From: Convolutriloba macropyga
Lineage: Eukaryota
Assembly: GCF_964194025.1 (NCBI RefSeq)
Contig: NC_134468.1
Coordinates: 13,144,001 to 13,208,000, forward strand
DNA length: 64,000 bases
Direction of reading: 5' to 3'
The notes beneath the pieces were generated by a model that saw only the letters and a program-made list of their open reading frames with translations, was not told where the DNA came from and made no database searches. Shown here one piece after another: positions 38,375 to 50,329 of this stretch. Position numbers and translations under genes: made by a program. Positions within the stretch are counted from its first letter, which is position 1. Each line of letters begins with the position of its first letter.

Positions 38375-38613
38375 CAAAATGCAGCAGCAGCGGCACAACA
38401 AGCGGCAGCCGCAGGTGCAGCAGCTGCAGCTGCGGGAGGAATACCGAACTTGTCAGCAGCGGCCGCAGCAGCAGCCGGAGCGGCGGCCGGTGGTCCACCG
38501 GGTGCTGGTCTACCAGGGGGTCCCAACAATCACATGCAACCCAAGATAACAGTTTTGGATTTGTGTGAGAAGATCAAAGACGAATTCAATCAGTTACAAG
38601 CCCAGTACCATCA
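38375..38613 (+). CDS. gro: Groucho/TLE exon 2: Ala/Gly-rich extension plus start of Q domain
   Basis: Acceptor ttttttag|CAA; translates QNAAAAAQQAAAAG...PKITVLDLCEKIKDEFNQLQAQYH, matching the TLE Q-domain pattern [22 protein letters not shown]; donor CA|GTAAGA, phase 2. Coding frame is not in the ORF track. Confidence 0.95.
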
Positions 38614-39071
38614 GTAAGAATAATTTCAAAGCTGTTGATGAGTTTAAGGGATATCCTTATTGCTTGAGTTAACAATCAAAAAAATTGTTGGTGATCGTGC
38701 CAGGATCACATGACATTTTATGAAGAGAAAACATTTAAATTAAAATGCATAACTGTTAGGTTAAAAATTCAAATGTTCTGAAATATTATCACAAATCAAA
38801 AACGATTGCACCAGACTACGATTCTCTGAATTCAAATCCCCACATCAAAATATAATTATCACAAATTATTAGTTCTTTATTAATTTCAAAATTATTAATG
38901 CAAATGTGGCCGTTCGCGTTCGCTTTCGTATATAAAATTAAGAGCTAAAGCATCTTATTTATGCGATTTTTGGCGTTTATCAATTTAGACTGAAAAGAAT
39001 GTCATTTGAGATTTCTACAATGAAGAGCGTTATGATTTTTTTTACGTAGATACTATTACTAGGCACAACCT

Positions 39072-40264
39072 AACCGTTTTCATTAATGAAAAATTACCAA
39101 CTTTTCCAATTAATGAAAAATTACCAAGTGTCCTTTCAAAAATCACTGCCAGGAACCAACTGATAAGTGTTGATATCGAGAGGTAATTATTACCAAAATT
39201 GTAACATGCAAAAATAAACTTATAATTGTTCGGACCCCTCTTGAGGGGGGAGGAACTATATACTCAAATGGGTTTTTTTGTTCAGACAATTTTGGCCGAT
39301 CGATATAATCATCGTGGAGAGTTGTGAGTAGGATCATTAGAAAACCCGTCCAGTTTAGAATATGGATTTAAAAAGATTTTTCGTTTTCGTTTTTTACAGG
39401 GAGTTATCGAGGTTTAAACTTCTGAGAAAAGTAGAGTGAATTCGTTGTTTTTTTTCACATTTTCCAGAATTTTTGCCTAATTTTTCGTCATTTTTTCCTG
39501 AAATTCGTTAAAGTTTTTAAGAATAGTGTTGTTGATTTTATTCTTAAAGACAAAAAAATTGTTGATTTTTTAATTTAATTTTGTCAAAATTTCGGGCAAA
39601 AAATTTCAAAATTCAGCCTTTTCAATCAAAAACAGCACATAATAAGCTTCTTTAGTCACTTTGATTAAAATTTCCGGAGGTACACCTTCAAAAAACACTA
39701 ATACAATCTTTGTAGACTCAAAATGGGGCTATTCTTACTTCAACTTCTGTTGAGAGTGCTCTGTAAATAAAACTTTGCAGTTTCTTGCTAACTTTACCTG
39801 TTCACTATCAAAAACGCTGAATTTCTATTGGAGTTTTTAGCTAACAATTTGTCTATATCTATAACATTAGAAAATTAAGTGTTCCTAATAGACAATAAGC
39901 ATTAGCAGGGCCACTTTTAGACCGATCTTGGAGAGTTACAATCCAAAAACAATTCGGAGTGTAATCAGTCGGTCTTTTTAAAAAAACTGATCTTTTTCAT
40001 ATTATTTAAAGAACAGAACATATCAAATCAACGCTCAGGATTGATAGGTCCAATTAGCTTCCTAAGCAGCTCCAATCTAATGCATTCAGTTTCTCACTTG
40101 ATCAAATAAGACCAAAGATCAAATAAGACGTAACAGAGTTAACCGTTTTCATTAATGAAAAATTAACAAGTGCCCTTTCAAAAATCACTGCCAGGAACCA
40201 ACTGATAAGTGTTGATATCGAGAGCTAATTATTACCAAAAGTGTCACATGCAAAAATAAACTTA
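39072..40264. repeat. ~125 bp direct repeat (39072-39223 and 40141-40264) flanking ~920 bp
   Basis: AACCGTTTTCATTAATGAAAAATTA...CACTGCCAGGAACCAACTGATAAGTG...GCAAAAATAAACTTA occurs twice. Confidence 0.9.
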
Positions 40265-41085
40265 AATTTTTAGCAAACTAAAATTATTCGCAAAACTGTA
40301 TCATCAATCAGTTCATTATATTTGATTCGTCATGAAATATCTCCTCGAGCAAGAGAAAATCTTTTCAACCATTTGAATTTCCCCATTTGGTTTTTTGCAC
40401 ATTTTTTCCAAAATTGATTAATTGGGAAACAAATTTTTGAAAAAAAACCACATTCCAGCAGAACTCCTATTAACAAAAATATAGCTTAGTTTAGTTTAGT
40501 TTGTTCAGTGTTCAAAAATAAACAAAAACACCGTTCTAGTAGGAGCTACAATGTAATTGAAAATATGTCAATTAGTATGAATCGTTGTGTTCATAACCTT
40601 TTTCATCAACAAAAAGTAATGTGTCAAAAAGATTTTGCTACAAAAAGATGGAGTAACGGTTTTAATTAGAATAAAGTTATATCGAAAGTGAGATAGCAAC
40701 TACAAGAATTTCAAATTGCCATTAGACAAAAAAACGTCGAATAACAAATTTAAACAGACAATAACATGAAGTGCCAAAATGGCACGACACAGTTGCAATG
40801 GAAACGCTGCAGGATTTTACATTTTTTGATAGATTATAGGAAAACTAAACATTGGGTTTTTTAAACTAAGATAAGTGATGTTTGATTTATATATTTCCTG
40901 CAAGTGCAATTCACGCAATTATTTTAATATACATAAAATATACACTTTTTACTTATAAAAATCTTTATCAAATATTGTTGTCACATTTTATTTTGACTTA
41001 AATTTGCCCGCGGAAATTTAGGCGTTAAAAAAGCTTTTTTTTTCTAGTGAATTCGGGGTTGATATCTGTGATGTTTGTTCAACAG

Positions 41086-41149
41086 GATAGAGATGGAGTG
41101 CAAGAAATTGGCACAAGAGAAGACAGAAATCCACAAGGCCTATATTATG
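41086..41149 (+). CDS. gro: Groucho/TLE exon 3 (Q domain)
   Basis: aacag|G...ATG|GTGAGA; 64 nt; (Q)IEMECKKLAQEKTEIHKAYIM versus TLE [22 protein letters not shown]. Confidence 0.95.
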
Positions 41150-41811
41150 GTGAGATCATCGTTTTACTTTTTCCTCTTTTCAATTCGCGGATGAAACAAT
41201 TCTAAATAAACTGAAATCATTTACAGCCATGTGGTGTTATACTTAATTCTATTCTGACTTCGAAAAGCAAGCCTAGAAAATCCGGTTGACGTTGTTTTCC
41301 TCAACTTAGACTGCTGATAATAATTTGGATATGCAATTATATTTGATCATAATTGCATCAATCATTAATGCCACAAATTGCCAACTGTATTTTTCCCCAA
41401 ATTTTTTTTTACAATTATATCTTTGGGGGGGGGGGGGGGGGTATTTTTTGAGTTGTGGTTGTCATGAAAATTGAAAGTCAAAATGGAAAGACACGAGCAC
41501 TAATCTGTCCATCAATGATTCCAAAATGTCTGATGTGAAAATTGGAATGTTAAATTGGATGATTTTATAGTTGATAGCTGGTTAGAGATAATGTTCAATA
41601 TCTGCATTATGAATGATGAGAGTTTATTTTGACAGTACCAAAAATATATCCATATTGTCATGCCGAAATATTTGAATTTCGAAGAGACTAATTGAAGATG
41701 TTCGTGTTTCTGGGGTCAACTGATTCTAGTATCAATTTGCAATTTATTATCACTAGAAAAGGTTCACTAACTCACTAAAAGTTTACTAAAAATATGATGT
41801 TTGTGATTTAG

Positions 41812-41919
41812 TTTTACGAGATGAGCTATGGGCTTAACTTTGAAGTTCACAAGCAGACCGAGATTGCCAAGAGACTGAACAACATCTGCGCCAGAATCAC
41901 CCAAATACTCCCACCTGAG
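41812..41919 (+). CDS. gro: Groucho/TLE exon 4 (Q domain)
   Basis: tttag|TTT...GAG|GTACTC; 108 nt; [36 protein letters not shown], containing the hallmark [20 protein letters not shown]. Confidence 0.97.
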
Positions 41920-42973
41920 GTACTCTACAACACACACCACACTTATTTAAACATTTTGACTCTTTTTCAAAGTTTCTTGCGACCGCAAAAAATAATTTAA
42001 TTTTGAATAATTAAAAAATTTCGTTCGTTGTGGAACCCAAAATTAGGATAAAACTGATTTCTTGATTAACCGATTTCTTTTTTGGAGAAATAAAACCTGG
42101 TTTTATAGTTCTGTCAAAGAAGCTTCATTCACTGACTAGGTGTTTTTGAAAATTAATATTCGGCAACATTCTCTGTACAATTTATAATGCCTGACAAAAA
42201 ATGAGAAACGATTTATAAGATATAATTTTCCTGCCGATGAACCCATCTCTCCGTGAGTTGTGAAAAGTTGTTGACTGCTGCTAGAATTATTGACCGACAG
42301 TGTGCTTAGCTGACAAGGAAAAAATAAGAAACTTAGCAGACTTAATTCTGATTGGTCGACAAATCTGTTCAGAAAAAAATGTACTTAGTTCGCTCAACCA
42401 TTAAAATGGGTGCGCGGGCGGGTTGTCGACTCAAAATTTTTAATTTTTGGTTGTCGGCTTGACCGCATGTCGGCCAACTTGGCGGTCGCCATAATGACTG
42501 GATTGACGAGCGTGTGATATCCAATATGCAATGAATTGGGGTTAAAAATTAATTTGGCTGTTTTCAGGGATTGGTTTGAGTCGTTCTTTTGGTTGTTAGC
42601 ATTTAGTTTTTGTTTGTTGGTAGGGCTCATCAAGTCATTTTATGAAGTTGCTCATGGTTATAATAAAAAGGGGAAAGAAAACAGCGCTTATGATAAGTTT
42701 TGCATGGCTTAGACACTCTCCTTAAAAAACGTAATGGCCGGGGAAGCGTTGGAGTAGCAGAAATAATGTGGATACAAGTCATACCGGGTTAAAATATCAA
42801 GACTAGCTGTCACAATGATGTCTCCTGTAAGTTGTTAACTGGAAATTTAGACTTGCAAGTTGAAAGATGCTGGTTCGAATTCAGTACTGGCCCATTTTAC
42901 AGTTGTTATAACTAGTTAGAACCCCTTCAGAAACTGTTTAGAGAATATCCTTATTTGTATGTGTGTGTTTTAG

Positions 42974-43048
42974 CATCAGCAAAGTGTTGTGCAAGCTGTG
43001 GAACAGGCCAAAAATATAACCATGGCCGATCTTCACAATATGATAGGG
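42974..43048 (+). CDS. gro: Groucho/TLE exon 5 (end of Q domain)
   Basis: ttttag|CAT...GGG|GTCAGT; 75 nt; HQQSVVQAVEQAKNITMADLHNMIG versus TLE [25 protein letters not shown]. Confidence 0.96.
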
Positions 43049-44927
43049 GTCAGTACAACATTTCACTTCAATTTATTTGCAAAGATATCACGAGTCTAAT
43101 GCGAAGGTCTAATTCTTTTTCTCAGTGACTAATTTTTTTTTCATATAAATGAACAAAATAAATTAATGCACAAAATGATACAAGTTTTTGCACTGATTAG
43201 GGTTGGTCTAAATTTTCAGAGGCCAAAAAAGTTTTTTTCAGAAACCTAAATGAACAAATGTTTTTTTTTAAAAAAAAGTTGATTTGGGTAGGTATAACCT
43301 AAGACGTGAGGACTAGCCACCACTATTCGCCACTTTTAAATGAAACATTCCATATTTGTAAAACTGTCAATTATATGTCATATTTCACCTGAGCAAATGA
43401 AGCAATTTCCGAAAATCTGTTATGAATAATCATAAAAATTTTTTGGATCAATTTTATTTCTATGCACAAAGTGTTTTATGTTGTAATGGCCTTTTTATGC
43501 TTTAGCAGTTTGTATTTGAACCTATTTATCAAAAGCTAAGAGAATCAACAAATCCTAAGTTAATTACAAAAAGGTTTGAAATTAATCATATCAAGTTTTC
43601 GATTTCACAAGCGATGTCTGTGATAATGTTTCCCCAAGATGATAAAACGTGTGTGAAGAGATAACTATAATTAAACTGGTTTCATTTTTTGATGTTTTAG
43701 TTCAGAACCAGATGCGTTTTTGAACTTGTTTCAAGTTCGCGCTCGCATTCATTCGTTCATACTTTCTTTACATAAGAGATCAAATCTTGTAAGATTTTGT
43801 GTTCCCCGTCCTATCATAATGATCTGTTTGCTCTAAATCTCTTAAATCAACTATTCGCCGGTACCTCTTGAAACAATTTATGTCCCCACTTCTGAAAGGC
43901 AAACAGGATCCGCCTTAGTTACATCTTATGTGTTTTGCGGTGTTAGAATGCGTGCGTGGGCGTCCCTTAGGCGTTGGTAGGTTTTAACATAAGGTGATCT
44001 GTTTCAAAATGGGTTAACTTTGATGTCTTTTGAGGGTTGCGTCTTTGATGACCTAATCAATCGCCCGACTTTGAGTTTAATTGACATATCTTAACATGTT
44101 TGTCGTCCATTCAACATACAGGGCGTGTGGGCGATAAAGTTGGAGCCTTTTATTTTCTCTCCAATTGTACCATTCAACTTGCGAGTAGTAAAAGTCAATA
44201 TATAAGGTGATTACTTCGCGATACGTATTCCGGTACACCAAAAGGGAGGGTGAAAGATTGCGTGGGGGGGGGGGGGGATTGGTTGGAGAGAGCTAATGAA
44301 GTAATCTAGATCTTATTGTGTATGTGTGTGTAATCTGTTAATCTGTTGACTCTTCAAATATTTGGTCAAGTTGGGCAGAGTAAACAGCAGAGCCCAGAGG
44401 GTCAACATTTACAATACAAATAAAGAGTTCTTTCTCTCTCTCTCTCTCTTTACCAATTGTGTGTTTCCTCAATCAAATAGTTGTGATGCTTGGTCGAATT
44501 GAGAACGGAGGGTGACCAATCATGTTTCAGCTATTATCAGTTGGCTAAATGAAATCATCCGTCTTTCAAACAGTCAATAAAGAAAGTGAAGACGTTGAAA
44601 GAAACAACTTTTTGCCTACTGACTTTTTGAAAGAATGCGCTAAAGCGCCATTTTCTAGACTCTATTGTATAATCTAGTACAGTTATTTTTAAATAATTTT
44701 ATTGGTTTTATTCAATTTAGTTGTCAGGAATTTTCGGGACGTAGAGACACGTTTGTTTGCTGTAATTCCCCCAAATGCTTAAAGACAAATAAATTTTAAA
44801 TCCCGCGTGAAAATGAAATGTGGGAATTTATGCCACTTCCCATTTTCATTATATCTAATGGCATGTTTTTATTCTGGATGGTATTAATTCTTGGTTTGCA
44901 GATATTTGATATAGATCTCAATTTTAG

Positions 44928-45248
44928 CAAATCCAAATGCAACAACCTGGCTCCGGACTGCCTCCCGGAATGCATGGAGCTGCGGCAGCTGCAGCCGCAG
45001 GAGCAGGATTCCCAGGAATGCTCCCTACCAGTCTGGCGGCCGGAGTAGCTGGACTTCCGCCCACTTCAATTGCGGCAGCAGCCGGACTCCTCGGGTTCCC
45101 ACCAGGTTCAGCCGGAGCTAATGCTCTCTCGAACGCTGCAGCCGCAGCTGCAGGAGGTCAGTTGCAACAGCAGCAGCAACAACAGCACCAACTTAGTGGG
45201 TTGATAAATCCAACCTCATCCGCCAGTAGAGAAGAGAGAGAACGGCTG
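44928..45248 (+). CDS. gro: Groucho/TLE exon 6 (GP domain)
   Basis: ttttag|CAA ATC CAA ATG...CGG CTG|GTTAGT; 321 nt, phase 0/0; Gly/Pro/Ala-rich with polyQ (ORF 44937-45272). Confidence 0.9.
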
Positions 45249-45847
45249 GTTAGTGAGCTTGTTTTTGTTTAGGTTACTTAAATGTCTCCGCTAAATTTAA
45301 ATAAAAAACTTAACCCAAATAAAGCTTATCCAAATTTTTCGAGCCCATCGAAAAAGAAGGGAGGGAAAAAGAAGGGATCTCACCTCAACCAGAAGAGGGG
45401 GGCTAAGCAGTGATGTATGGCTCCACTGTTTGACCAAACTCATCCAAAAAGAGTGAAATGAGCGTCTATCTAGTCAATGAGCTGAACTGTCAATGTTGAT
45501 TGATATAATAACGGACCATGCTTAAGTTAATGACGCCATTATTAATTCGAATTCATTTGAACTGATAGATGAATAAATTCTGTTTTTTTAACGAGTAAAT
45601 TACTTTCACAATCACTTGGTTAAAAAGTATCAGTCAAAAATAATATTTACATTTTTGCTTCTCAAGGCACTGAGAACTTCTCGCTTTAATGAAGAACTGT
45701 GGAGCTGTTTGATATGTTGACTGCGGAGTCTTTAATATTTTAGAACACGCATTTTGATCCTGAAGTTTATTTTAAATCCAGTAAAACAAACGCTCGGAAT
45801 TTTGAAACTTGCAACTGTCAATTTTAGCTTGATTACTTTTGATTCAG

Positions 45848-46132
45848 AGTTCCATATCTCCGGCAGCCGGACTGAACGGGGAGAAATCTGCCTCTGTGGG
45901 GTTAGGTGGAGGCGTCAACAACTCTGTGGCAAATTCCGCCCCTCACTCCACCTCTTCCACCTCCTCCTCTTCCGCCCATGCACAACAGCAGCAGTCACAC
46001 TCTCAACAGCAACAGCAGCAACACTTAGACAGGGCCAGATACTCCAACTCAGCGGATGTGGCTGCAGCAGCCGCCAAAAAGCGGAAAAGCCACCCTTCCA
46101 CCAACGGAGAGGACGCAGACCACTCTGAGAAT
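45848..46132 (+). CDS. gro: Groucho/TLE exon 7 (CcN domain, KKRK NLS)
   Basis: ttcag|AGT TCC ATA TCT CCG...GAG AAT|GTTAGT; 285 nt, phase 0/0; SSISP...AAKKRK as expected for CcN. Confidence 0.9.
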
Positions 46133-46140
46133 GTTAGTAT

Positions 46141-46689
46141 TATCCCGAATAAACTGGGGATGATTAGATTGTTAGATCTTGTAAGATTCTGTCAGCTCGA
46201 CAGAATTCATTAATCTTGTTAAGATCTTCCAAGATAACTGTCTTTTGCAAGAATTTTGCGAGGTCTTGCAAGACGTCGCCCGGGCTTGTCATGCAATGCA
46301 ATGGAAAAATAATGAGTTTACCATTAAATAAAAAAGAATAATTTCATTTAGATACTTACGGCGCAATGCAAAATAAATATTTAACAAAAAAAGCAGAGAC
46401 ACATAACGAGACCATTTAAGTCCACTTTACAAACTGCCAAGATTTATCAACCGACAAACAAACGAACATCGTGTGAAATTTGGTTGACTGCTGAAAAGAT
46501 TCGGCTTTGAATAAGAAACCGGACGTGAAACGTCATGTTTTCAGTACGTCGCAAGTCCAACTCCGATGCTTATCTTGCTAGATTCTTGCAAATGACGCTT
46601 ATCTTGAAAGGTAGTGCGTAATCTTACAAACCTCTTGCAAGATTCTTACTAGAGCTTGCAAGATAGCCGTCTGTAGTAGACTGGGGGTA
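46141..46689. mobile_element. MITE-like element with subterminal TCTTGCAAGA palindromes
   Basis: Clusters of TCTTG(C/T)AAGA near both ends; ends TATCCC.../...GGGGTA are loosely complementary. Confidence 0.55.
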
Positions 46690-47752
46690 GGAACAAATTT
46701 AGTTGAAATTTTCTCGTTAGTATAAGTTTCCAAATATGTATCTAACGAAACTTTTTCGATCAATAAAAATTATAAAATTGGTCATAGGATTCGATTCATT
46801 TGAGACCTAGATGATAAATCCAGTTTTTTTTGCCAGTCGTTCACAAGTTCTTGTGGCCAGCTTGTTATCATTTAAAGATGTGCTTAGCTTGTCTATTAGC
46901 CAACTTAACCGTATTTATCGAAGCGATGGCTAATTTATACACCGCTGTCCGAGGAATTAGCTGGTGGTGATAAATCTACCAGTCTTAGCCGGATTCCAAA
47001 CCAGCTCTTCTACGTACAATCAATATGGTCAGAGTGCTGAGTTAAATCAATAGCAGCTGCCTATTATCATGTTGGTGTAATAAATGCTTGAATGCGGTTA
47101 TCAATTAACAGCCCTTGATCAAACTCTCAAGCTGTAAATACCTGAGCAGTGCAGTTGTCATGATTGCTGTGCTCAGCGGCGTGAGAACTTGAATGAGCGT
47201 TTGTTAATCAAAGCTCAAAATGAGATCTCGAAATCATTAACAAGTTGTTGAGCTAACCACATGCTTTCGACCACCAAAGTACTCTCAGGTACTCAGCTGT
47301 TACGATTAAAACTTTTTCTCTGATGGTGTGATAAGCTAGCTGGCTTATTTATTGCTTGTTTTTCGTTTTTTAATGGTCTGTATAGAATACATGCGCACTT
47401 AGAAGACTAGAAGATATCATCAATACCCAATTTGTGTGTTGCATAGATGTTTTCAGCAAAAGAATGTGATGCGGAATTTCTAGGCTCACTTTTTGTATAA
47501 GATAATGCTGAAAAATCTTTAGTTGTAAAAATATTTTGTTTCTTTTAGTTAATTCAATGTATTTAATGTCTTTTCTTATTTGGGGTTTCCACCGTGAAAT
47601 TATACCCCCATAATTCCAGTTATTGTGGAGGGTGAGGGCGGGGCTATACGTGATATGACCGCGTATGCGTGGTTGGGGTTGGCTGGAGCCAGTTAGATAT
47701 GAGAAAGACCCAGTTATTTTTGAGGTGGTGAAAACGTTCCAATTTTCTGCAG

Positions 47753-48016
47753 GACTCTGACAACGACGAAGATGACAAGGACCTCGTTGTAGATGTCGGC
47801 GGCGACTCCAGCCCTCGATCTAAAAGTCCCCACTCGGCCTCTGCTGGTCTCATGGAGAACGGAGGCACAGGCGCGGGAAGTGTGTCCTCACTGAACGGGG
47901 GAGACATCAAGAGGGTCAAGAAGGAACCTGGAACATTGGGCTCCTCGGGCGGGTCCGGGGGTCCAGCGAGTCGGCCCAGCAGTCTACCCAACTATGATCA
48001 GGGTTCTTCACCAAAG
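47753..48016 (+). CDS. gro: Groucho/TLE exon 8 (CcN/SP)
   Basis: ctgcag|GAC...AAG|GTCAAT; 264 nt; DSDNDEDDKDLVVDVGGDSSPRSKSPHS...ENG matches the TLE motif DSDGDKSDDNLVVDV...SSP...ENG. Confidence 0.93.
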
Positions 48017-48717
48017 GTCAATTTGCATTAGTAATTTGAAATTTCATAATTTGAGAGTTCATAATTTATGTGTTGGTATTCAGCGTGAATTGTTGTCTTT
48101 CACGCGCTCTTGTCAAATTGGAGGACCTGTTTCTAAATATCACTGAATTTAGTTATAAAATATTGATATGGAAGCTTCTGCTTAGTTGTTAGATAGCCTA
48201 TTTTTGAAATTATCAACGAGAATAACGCATGTTAACTCTTTTTAAAAGCGTTTGTCTTCATGTCTTAATGAGTCAATAATTTGTGCGCGATTTTGTAACT
48301 GATTCCAGTGTAGTTATGAAAATTTTCATTTTCATCTTTAGATAGCCATTTTTAGTTTACTTGAGATTAAATAGTAATGCTAAATATCTACGGGTGCATT
48401 TCGAACGTGTTCAAGGGCTTCAATTCTGTTACCTCTTACTGCTGTCCTTATATGAAATAATACAGATTCCTGATAGGGGTGGGGGGGGGGGGGTAGGGTT
48501 GATACCTTGGGGCTTCGATAGGGATGACTGTTGAATTGGAGCAAGTATAGATAGATCTTTTTATTTCATTAACATAAATAAAATAGCGTTGACAGAAACA
48601 AATTGGATTGCATTCAAGTTAGTGAATGATAACAACAGAGGTGAAATTGGGAAAGAGACTAAAATCAGTAAGTGTACAAGGGGGGTGTGTTGTGAAAATG
48701 AGTAACAGTTATAGTGT

Positions 48718-48944
48718 NNNNNNNNNNNNNNNNNNNNNNNNNNNNNNNNNNNNNNNNNNNNNNNNNNNNNNNNNNNNNNNNNNNNNNNNNNNNNNNNNNN
48801 NNNNNNNNNNNNNNNNNNNNNNNNNNNNNNNNNNNNNNNNNNNNNNNNNNNNNNNNNNNNNNNNNNNNNNNNNNNNNNNNNNNNNNNNNNNNNNNNNNNN
48901 NNNNNNNNNNNNNNNNNNNNNNNNNNNNNNNNNNNNNNNNNNNN
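48718..48944. other. Assembly gap (227 N) in intron 8
   Basis: Run of N. Confidence 1.
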
Positions 48945-50329
48945 TTTGTATTTGTGGAACATGCATTTTTAATCACGCTTCCAATTTGCGACACCTGCTT
49001 CCTTCCTTCAGTCCCGACCGACCCCCCCTCCTATGCCTTCTTAACCCACCCTGCAAATATTCTCATTGTGTTCAAGGCCGTTATCGGAAGAAGATGAAAA
49101 CAGAAAAGGAAGATTAAGTTGGCGTCGACCAAATTTTAGCAATTTTTGAGAGCAATTGATGATATAGATTTTTAAAAAAAATCAATTGACATTTCTGCTA
49201 TGTATAACTCATCCCATATCAAACACTAATTAGCACATTTCGCTTTTTAATACAGCGCTTATTTTAAATTCGGTGACAATGCGCTTAGTTGTTGCATAAA
49301 AAACTTTATTCAGCTTTGTTTGGCTATATGAGCAAACTATTTGCAAAAATCTTTAAACCGCAAAATAGGTAAAATTATTCATACTTTCCTCAGAAATTTT
49401 AAAAATTATTTTCCTATTAGGATAGAAATTTGTGGTATTACTTATGAGTATGGCTGTGGTGTCTCAACGACTCAGTATAGAGATATATTGATCAATCTAT
49501 CTTTCTACCTCTTTCTTATCGATCGACTATATTTGTATGAGTGATAAATGATGCATTAGGTGCTCTATTATCTCCTTATTCATTGAAAGAGTCTCTGCTT
49601 ATTAAATATTACTGACTAGGCTGCACTTCTTTTTATCATTTACTAAATCAAAACAGACACCCTTTTTAGTTTCCACTGAGCTACATCAAAGCAACGGCAA
49701 TGAAAAGATGAAGAAGTTTGCTATTTTAGATAATTTCTCTGCTCTGCAGCGAAGTTTCTTGAAACTATTATAGTCCTGATGTTTTGTTTGTATAAGTTAG
49801 TAAGTTAGGCTGCGTTTGGTCAAACGTTTCAGTGTGTAACTTCTCGTGGCCTCGATTTTTTACAATCCAAGAATTGGATTGTATTGGTGCTCTGTCTTTT
49901 TACAATTCAAAGAATTTGAATTATATTGGGGCGCTGTCTTTTTTTTAAGATCTGTTCACACATTTTCATGATTTTTTGAAGTCAAATTGGAGTAGTGATT
50001 TTGGTCACGCCGAAACAGGAAGTGGAGCGAAAAAGTGAGTGGTTTTGCAATGTGAAATTTTTTCACCCAATTTTAAAGTAGAGTGAAAAAACGGTGTTTG
50101 AACAAAAGTTCGCTTTCTCGCTAGTGGTTTTTTGTTCACATGCAGCAATTTGATTTTGATTTTTACTGTTTTTTCGATTTTTTTGATCGGATTTTTTTCT
50201 AAATGGTTTTTCCAGTCATAGTCCGTTCTTGGTCTAATTTACTGTTTTAGTCAATGAAAATTCTTTGAATTGTACGTCAGGACTTGTCCTTCTATGTTTT
50301 TGTAAGATGTTTTCACGCCTTTGTTCATG

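Noticed and set aside
38356-38568. Ser/Cys/Arg-rich ORF (also 44818-45048 and 45754-46128)
   Set aside because: Alternative frames of GC-rich groucho exons.
44902-44927. Upstream acceptor ttgcag| for exon 6
   Set aside because: Adds 26 nt and breaks the frame; the acceptor ending at 44927 keeps phase 0.
47644-47991. 115-aa minus-strand ORF (also 63492-63755)
   Set aside because: Antisense shadows of groucho exons 8 and 11.
48561-49117. Several long ORFs
   Set aside because: Artefacts of the 227-N gap; exons 8 and 9 join in phase without needing a hidden exon, although one cannot be excluded.
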